Assembly: GCA_018970025.1 (NCBI GenBank)
Contig: JAGWXF010000015.1
Coordinates: 109 to 64,108 of the forward strand
Reading direction: 5' to 3'
Origin: Actinomycetales bacterium
GTDB lineage: Bacteria > Actinomycetota > Actinomycetes > S36-B12
Length of the DNA: 64,000 nt
Shown: piece after piece, positions 58,732 through 64,000 of the stretch
How the letters are laid out: each line of letters begins with the position of its first letter
Position numbering within the stretch: the stretch's first letter is position 1
Made by a program: the position numbers and the translations under genes
The notes under the pieces: generated by a model
Databases searched by the model: none
What the model saw: the letters and a program-made list of their open reading frames with translations, nothing else
What the model was told of the DNA's origin: nothing

Positions 58732-59303
58732 CAGCGCGCTGCCTGCCGCTCGAGGTCGGTGAGGAAGTCATCGACCGTCTGGCGCACCCGCGCATCGTCG
58801 GTGAGCGAGGTGCCGACCACCTTGCCGGCAAGCGTCACCGCGAGCTCGCCGACCTGGCGGGTCAGCTGCGCCGTCGCCTGCGCCCGGTCGGCAGCCAGTT
58901 GCTGCTCAGCCGACGAGGTCACCTGCTGGGCGGCCGCGCGCGCCTCGCTTCGGGCCTCCTCGATGATGGCGGTGCGATCGGCCTGTGCCTGGGTGCGGAT
59001 GCTGGCGGCCTCCTCCCGGGCCTGGGCCAGCTGGGCGCGGTACTCCTCGAGCACCCGCTGGGCCTCTGCCTGGGCCTCCTCCGCGCGCTTGATACCACCC
59101 TCGATCGCATCCGCACGGGCATCAAGGGTCTTCTTGATGTTCGGCAGGGCGAGCTTGGCCAGCGCACCGAAGACGATGACGAAGGCGATGATGCCGATGA
59201 TCAGCTCATCGATCGGCACCGCGAGCACCGAGGGCATCTCCTCGCCCCCCTCGCCGCCTGCGGCGACGACTGCGGCAGATACTGCGGCTAGCGCATTCAT
59301 CAC
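58731..59303 (-). CDS. atpF: Fo ATP synthase subunit b
   Basis: One N-terminal TM helix followed by a long charged helix (KRAEEAQAEAQRVLEEYRAQLAQAREEA). Confidence 0.9.
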   Translation of the reverse strand: MMNALAAVSAAVVAAGGEGGEEMPSVLAVPIDELIIGIIAFVIVFGALAKLALPNIKKTLDARADAIEGGIKRAEEAQAEAQRVLEEYRAQLAQAREEAASIRTQAQADRTAIIEEARSEARAAAQQVTSSAEQQLAADRAQATAQLTRQVGELAVTLAGKVVGTSLTDDARVRQTVDDFLTDLERQAAR

Positions 59304-59362
59304 GATGATGCCTTCCTACGTCGATCCGGGTTGATCCGAGCGCTCATCCGAGGATGCGTGGC

Positions 59363-59704
<342 letters not shown>

Positions 59705-60484
59705 TCAGTGCTCGGCGTGGAGCGCGCCGCTGATGTAGACCGCGGCGAGCAGGGTGAAGATGTAGGCCTGCAGGGCCTGGATGAGGACCTCGAATCCGGT
59801 GAGGGCGACCGTCACCGCGAAGGAGGCCACCGATCCCAGGATGCCGATCACGCTCGCGCTGATCAGGTAGAAGGTGGCCACGCTGAAGGACGCGATCAGC
59901 AGGTGGCCGGCGAACATGTTCGCGAACAGACGCACCGAGTGGGTGAAGGGGCGCACAATGATGTTCGAGATGAACTCGATCGGGGCCAGCAGGACGTACA
60001 TCGCCTTCGGCACGCCAGGCGGGAACATCATGTTCTTGAAGAACGGGATGAACCCCTGCCGATACACCCCCAGCGGCACCCAGGTGAGGTAGACGATGAG
60101 CGCGAAGGCGACCGGGATCGCGAAGATTGAGGTCACCGGGATCTGCGCGCCCGGGACGATCCCCATGAAGTTCAGCATCCAGATCATGAAGAAGAACGTG
60201 AACAGGAAGGGGACGAATCGATCGCCCTCCTTGCCCATGGCCTCGCGGGCGATGCCGTCGCGGATGAACAGGTAGCCCATCTCGCCGACGTTCTGCGCCC
60301 CCCTCGGCACGAGCTTGGGCCGGCGGAAGGCGTAGGTGAAGAAGCCGATGATGAGCACGCACGTCAGGGCCAGCAGCACCGTCACCTTGGACACCTCGAA
60401 GGCGACCGGGCCCACGTGGAAGCTCAGGAGCGCGTCGAACTGGAAGATCTCCGCTCCCGGGGCGGGGAACCCGCAGCCCGACAT
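59705..60484 (-). CDS. atpB: Fo ATP synthase subunit a
   Basis: Multi-TM protein with the conserved Arg context SVRLFANMFAGHLL. ATG 60484 is preferred over the TTG 60526 of the tracked ORF. Confidence 0.93.
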   Translation of the reverse strand: MSGCGFPAPGAEIFQFDALLSFHVGPVAFEVSKVTVLLALTCVLIIGFFTYAFRRPKLVPRGAQNVGEMGYLFIRDGIAREAMGKEGDRFVPFLFTFFFMIWMLNFMGIVPGAQIPVTSIFAIPVAFALIVYLTWVPLGVYRQGFIPFFKNMMFPPGVPKAMYVLLAPIEFISNIIVRPFTHSVRLFANMFAGHLLIASFSVATFYLISASVIGILGSVASFAVTVALTGFEVLIQALQAYIFTLLAAVYISGALHAEH

Positions 60485-60522
60485 CAGATGGCAGTCCAGG
60501 CCACCGCTCGCGCGAATCACGC

Positions 60523-60894
60523 TCAACGCCTGCCTCCCATGCCCGATGCGCTCACTGCGCCCTCGCTTCCCGATGTGCCCGCGTCGCTGTCAGTGCGCTG
60601 CCCAGGGCTGGTGGTGCCGTCCCGATGCAGGCTCACCACGACCATGTAGGTCGACAGGGCGAGCCCGATGAGGGCACCGGCTGCCATGATCAATCCGGCG
60701 TGGCCGATCCAGCGTGAGACAAGCCAGCCCAGACCGGTGTAGAGCACGAGCCCTGCAGTGATCCGGCTGACGATCGTCCAGGCAGAATCAGCCATTCCCT
60801 TCGTTGCATCAGGCAGGACCGGCCGCTTCGCAGCATGTAGCGAGCCGGAACGGTACCACCCGGGCGGTCGGCTGAACGGCGCGGGGGCGGTCAT
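60523..60894 (-). CDS. AtpZ/AtpI-like small membrane protein
   Basis: Two TM helices (WTIVSRITAGLVLYTGLGWLVSRW, LIMAAGALIGLALSTYMVVV). ATG 60894 gives an ATGA overlap with the upstream gene. ATG 60795 is the alternative. Confidence 0.6.
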   Translation of the reverse strand: MTAPAPFSRPPGWYRSGSLHAAKRPVLPDATKGMADSAWTIVSRITAGLVLYTGLGWLVSRWIGHAGLIMAAGALIGLALSTYMVVVSLHRDGTTSPGQRTDSDAGTSGSEGAVSASGMGGRR

Positions 60895-61307
60895 GCGGAG
60901 CCCGTCGGATCGACGTAGAGCACCTTCGTCCGCGCGAAGACCCACACCTCGGCGACCGTCCAGGCGATGGTGCAGGCCACCACGGTGGCCGCGAATACCT
61001 TCGTGTCGAACAGGGTGGTCTCGGCGAACAGGATGATGAAGACGAACAGCACGCCGATCTTCACCAGGTAGATCATCAGGGCGACGGTCATGGCCATCTG
61101 CGGGTTGCTGCGCAGGACGCTGCCCAGGATCACCTGGCCGGCCGAGAAGAACACCAGGACCAGGACCGTGGCGACCACCGCGCCAGTGGCCCCGCCGCCG
61201 CCGCGCAGGACGGCCCCCAGGATCGTGGCGATCACGCCGACGATCGCAGCCGAAACACCTGCTCGCCGGAGGACGAGTCCGTCGATCGACGATGCGTCAG
61301 CGAGCAC
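60891..61307 (-). CDS. Membrane protein at the head of the atp operon (ATP synthase protein I-like)
   Basis: 138 aa, 4 predicted TM helices. Position upstream of atpB is conserved in actinobacteria as I recall. Confidence 0.6.
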   Translation of the reverse strand: MLADASSIDGLVLRRAGVSAAIVGVIATILGAVLRGGGGATGAVVATVLVLVFFSAGQVILGSVLRSNPQMAMTVALMIYLVKIGVLFVFIILFAETTLFDTKVFAATVVACTIAWTVAEVWVFARTKVLYVDPTGSA

Positions 61308-61380
61308 AATCGGACGCTATCGCAACCTGGCACCTGCGCCCAATCGGGTGCCGATGCGGTTGCTCACCTCCCGCGCGCGG

Positions 61381-62502
61381 CTATCCGTCGGTACCCGTCC
61401 GCAGTGGTCGCACGGCCGCGAGCTTGGGCCGAGCAGGCCGACGCACCGCTACCAGGATCAGCGCAAGGCCGATGACGAATCCCCCGATGGCGATGGGCAG
61501 CGGGAAGAACGCCAGGGCCACCGCACTGCCGGCCACCAGGCCCGTCCAGGCGTACATCAGCAGCACCGCTCGCGACTGCGAGTGGCCCATCTCCAGCAGC
61601 CGGTGATGCAGATGCTCCTTGTCGGGGGCGAACGGATTGCGACCGGCCCGGGTGCGCCGGATGACCGCCCCGAACAGGTCGATGAGGGGGATCGCCATCA
61701 CGGCCACCGGGAGCAGGATCGGCAGCACGGCCGGCAGCAGGGTCGGCCCGGCGACCGCGCTGGGGTCGATCTGGCCGGAGAGCGTGATGGTGGCGGCCGC
61801 CAGCAGCAGGCCCAGCATCATCGAGCCGGTATCGCCCATGAAGATCCGGGCGCGGTAGGCGTTGTGGGGCAGGAATCCCAGGCACATCCCGACGAGCAGG
61901 ACCGACACCAGGGTGGCCAGGGTGGCTCGCTCGACGCCGAGCTCGACGGACAGCAGGTACGAGTAGGCGAAGAATCCGCCTGCGGCGACGGCCACGATCC
62001 CGGCTGCCAGGCCGTCGAGGCCATCGACGAAGTTGATGGCGTTGATGCTCACCAGGACGATCAGGACGGTGAACAGCACGCTGGTGAGCGGATCCAGCAC
62101 GAAGGTGCCGCCGATGGGGAGCCAGATCACCGCGATGCCCTGGAATGCCATCAGCCCGGCCGCCAGGACCTGGCCGGCGAGCTTGACCGGGGCATCCAGG
62201 CCCCACTTGTCGTCGGCGATGCCGAGGATGACGATCACGAAGACGCCGGACAGCAGGGCCAGCGGCGCGCCGCCGCTCTGGAACACCGCCCCCATCATCG
62301 GCAGCTTGCTGGCAAGCAGCAGGCCTGCCAGCAGGCCGAACAGCATGGCGAGCCCGCCCAGTCGCGGGGTCGCCCGGTCGTGCACGTCCCGGTCGCGCAC
62401 CTCGGCGATGACCCCCAGCCTGCGTGCCAGCCGCTCGACCAGCGGCGTGGTCAGGTACGTGACCGCCGCGGCAGCCAGCAGGCAGAGGAGGTATTCGCGC
62501 AC
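61381..62502 (-). CDS. wecA: Undecaprenyl-phosphate N-acetylglucosaminyl-1-phosphate transferase (MraY/WecA family)
   Basis: GTG start. Multi-TM, NAINFVDGLDGLAAG, FMGDTGSMMLG. Confidence 0.88.
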   Translation of the reverse strand: MREYLLCLLAAAAVTYLTTPLVERLARRLGVIAEVRDRDVHDRATPRLGGLAMLFGLLAGLLLASKLPMMGAVFQSGGAPLALLSGVFVIVILGIADDKWGLDAPVKLAGQVLAAGLMAFQGIAVIWLPIGGTFVLDPLTSVLFTVLIVLVSINAINFVDGLDGLAAGIVAVAAGGFFAYSYLLSVELGVERATLATLVSVLLVGMCLGFLPHNAYRARIFMGDTGSMMLGLLLAAATITLSGQIDPSAVAGPTLLPAVLPILLPVAVMAIPLIDLFGAVIRRTRAGRNPFAPDKEHLHHRLLEMGHSQSRAVLLMYAWTGLVAGSAVALAFFPLPIAIGGFVIGLALILVAVRRPARPKLAAVRPLRTGTDG

Positions 62503-62508
62503 GCGCGG

Positions 62509-63780
62509 TCAGCTCCTCGGGTAGGCCGGATGCTTCGTCACCAGATCGGACACCTCGGCTGCGATGTCCGTGCAGGCGCTGCCGTCAGTATCGCGGACGG
62601 CAGCGCCGATCAGGGCGCCGATCACCCGCATGTCGCCCGACGACATGCCCTGCGTGGTCACCGCCGGGGTCCCGACCCGGATGCCCGAGGCGACCGCCGG
62701 CGGCTGGGGGTCGTACGGAATGGCGTTCTTGTTCAGGGTGATCCGGGCCGCATCGCAGCGCTGCTCGGCCTGCGCCCCGGTGACGCCGAGCGCCTGCAGG
62801 TCGATCAGCGCCAGGTGCGTATCGGTGCCGCCGCTGACCGGCCGCATCCCCTCCTCTGCCAGGCTCGCCGCCAGTGCCCGGGCATTGTCGATGACCTGGC
62901 GGGCGTAGGCCTGGTAGGCAGGCGATGCCGCCTCCTTCAGGGCCACCGCCTTGGCAGCCACCGCATGCATCAGCGGCCCCCCCTGCATCATCGGGAAGAC
63001 GGCCTTGTCGACCTTGGCCGCATGCTCGGCCCTGCACAGGATCATCCCGCCGCGCGGGCCCCGCAGGACCTTGTGCGTGGTGAACGTCACGACGTCCGCG
63101 TAGGGAACCGGGCTGGGGATCGCCTTGCCGGCGACCAGGCCGATGAAGTGCGCGGCATCGACCATGAGGATCGCTCCGACCTCGTCAGCGATCGCGCGGA
63201 AGGCGGCGAAGTCGATCAGCCGGGGGTAGGCCGTCGCCCCGCAGATGATCATCTTCGGCCGGTGGGCGATCGCCTGGGATCGCACCTCGTCGTAGTCGAT
63301 GAGCTCGGTGTCCTGGCGAACCCCGTAGGAGACCACGTTGAACCACTTGCCGGAGAAGTTCACCTTGGAGCCGTGGGTCAGGTGCCCGCCATGGGGCAGG
63401 CTCATGGCCAGCACCGTGTCGCCCGGCATCACGAAGGCACCGTAGGCAGCGATATTCGCGCTGGCACCGCTGTGCGGCTGCAGGTTGGCGTGCTCCGCGC
63501 CGAACAGCTCCTTGGCCCGCGCGACGCCGATCTCCTCGGCGATGTCGACCTCCGCGCAGCCGCCGTAGTAGCGGCGGCCCGGGTAGCCCTCGGCGTACTT
63601 GTTGCTCAGGGTCGAGCCCAGGGCCGCGAGCACTGCCGGCGAGGTGAAGTTCTCGCTCGCGATCAGCTGCAGCCCGCTTCGCAGGCGATCCAGCTCGGCC
63701 AGGATCACCCCCGCGATCTGCGGATCCGTCGCCTGCAGGGCTCCGAAGTCGGGCCCCCAGAATGGCGTACTGCTCATCAC
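62509..63780 (-). CDS. glyA: Serine hydroxymethyltransferase
   Basis: [13 protein letters not shown]..., [19 protein letters not shown] (PLP Lys). Confidence 0.96.
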   Translation of the reverse strand: MMSSTPFWGPDFGALQATDPQIAGVILAELDRLRSGLQLIASENFTSPAVLAALGSTLSNKYAEGYPGRRYYGGCAEVDIAEEIGVARAKELFGAEHANLQPHSGASANIAAYGAFVMPGDTVLAMSLPHGGHLTHGSKVNFSGKWFNVVSYGVRQDTELIDYDEVRSQAIAHRPKMIICGATAYPRLIDFAAFRAIADEVGAILMVDAAHFIGLVAGKAIPSPVPYADVVTFTTHKVLRGPRGGMILCRAEHAAKVDKAVFPMMQGGPLMHAVAAKAVALKEAASPAYQAYARQVIDNARALAASLAEEGMRPVSGGTDTHLALIDLQALGVTGAQAEQRCDAARITLNKNAIPYDPQPPAVASGIRVGTPAVTTQGMSSGDMRVIGALIGAAVRDTDGSACTDIAAEVSDLVTKHPAYPRS

Positions 63781-63817
63781 ACTCCTGCCTTGGCGTGCCC
63801 GGCTGCGGCCGGGATCA

Positions 63818-63853
63818 CGGCTGATCGCGCGGCTGATCGGGCGGCTGATCGGG
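63818..63853. repeat. 12-bp tandem repeat x3 (CGGCTGATCGSG) in the glyA upstream region
   Basis: Units at 63818, 63830 and 63842 read directly. Units 2 and 3 are identical and unit 1 differs at one base. Confidence 0.88.
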
Positions 63854-63918
63854 CCCTGTACGCCGGGGCGATCCGTCCTGGCGCTGGGCCATCGTACGCA
63901 CCGCGGCCGGGCGCGGGC

Positions 63919-64000
63919 CTAGTCCGACACCGCCTCCGGGCACACCTGGCGGATCTCCTCCAGGGTGACCGAGCCCGGCCGGCGCACCACGGGAACCGGG
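63919..64000 (-). CDS. C-terminal fragment of a probable L-threonylcarbamoyladenylate synthase (Sua5/YwlC-like); 5' part lies outside the window
   Basis: Minus-strand frame reads ...PVPVVRRPGSVTLEEIRQVCPEAVSD-stop. The call rests on that tail pattern and the conserved position next to wecA/atp genes. Confidence 0.45.
   Translation of the reverse strand, partial: PVPVVRRPGSVTLEEIRQVCPEAVSD

Noticed and set aside
63781-63919. ZTP (pfl) riboswitch upstream of glyA
   Set aside because: The gene context fits, and the 3' part (CCGCAGCCGGGCA) loosely resembles the conserved CCGCCUGGGCA. I could not find the 5' ACUGGCG / GGxGGA...CCACCGGG elements by eye. Left as a check (cmscan RF01750), not a call.

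Overview
High-GC chromosomal segment, judged by eye from the G/C-rich codon third positions. It looks like conserved Actinomycetota core, with about 60 protein genes. I recognised no rRNA, tRNA, CRISPR array, transposase or intact integrase.

Gene content, left to right:
- Partial sugar-phosphate isomerase, a hypothetical gene and ilvD.
- On the minus strand: ligA, vapBC, gatCAB.
- A small zinc-ribbon gene, a MetE-like protein, mnmA and a cysteine desulfurase.
- A NitT/TauT-type ABC transporter, a DUF1801-MORN protein and etfBA.
- A polymethylated-polysaccharide (MGLP-like) cluster: methyltransferase, GH57, acyltransferase, GT4, methyltransferase, enoyl-CoA hydratase.
- Alpha-glucan genes glgX, glgP, glgE, glgB, then a thioredoxin-TPR protein and an Rrf2 regulator.
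- An acyl-CoA / ethylmalonyl-CoA gene set: meaB, thiolase, epimerase, ccr, tandem hydroxyacyl-CoA dehydrogenase, nucS, meaA.
- murA, a PduO-type adenosyltransferase, the complete F1Fo ATP synthase operon, a wecA-like gene, glyA and a partial Sua5-like gene.

From memory, the order mirrors two conserved M. tuberculosis neighbourhoods, roughly Rv3009c-Rv3039c and Rv1301-Rv1323.

Atypical spots worth a second look:
1. The ligA frame continues 5' into a lower-GC3 segment encoding a CxxC-x11-CxxC zinc ribbon plus helical region. No canonical start codon of its own precedes domain Ia.
2. A scar-like region lies upstream of that fusion, including a small zinc-ribbon gene that has lost its second Cys pair.
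3. A vapBC cassette with direct-repeat operators is inserted between ligA and gatC.
4. A shared palindrome, TAAGCG-N2-CGCTTA, sits upstream of etfBA, ccr and (in degenerate form) meaA.
5. A lower-GC 1.4-kb patch downstream of murA carries an unassignable 266-aa gene and a 17-bp tandem repeat.
6. Several short perfect tandem repeats occur in leaders and inside genes.

I found no multi-gene system that I can confidently call novel. The ligA fusion and the palindrome regulon are the best leads. All coordinates, translations and repeat alignments were done by hand. GC statements are visual impressions, not computed values.
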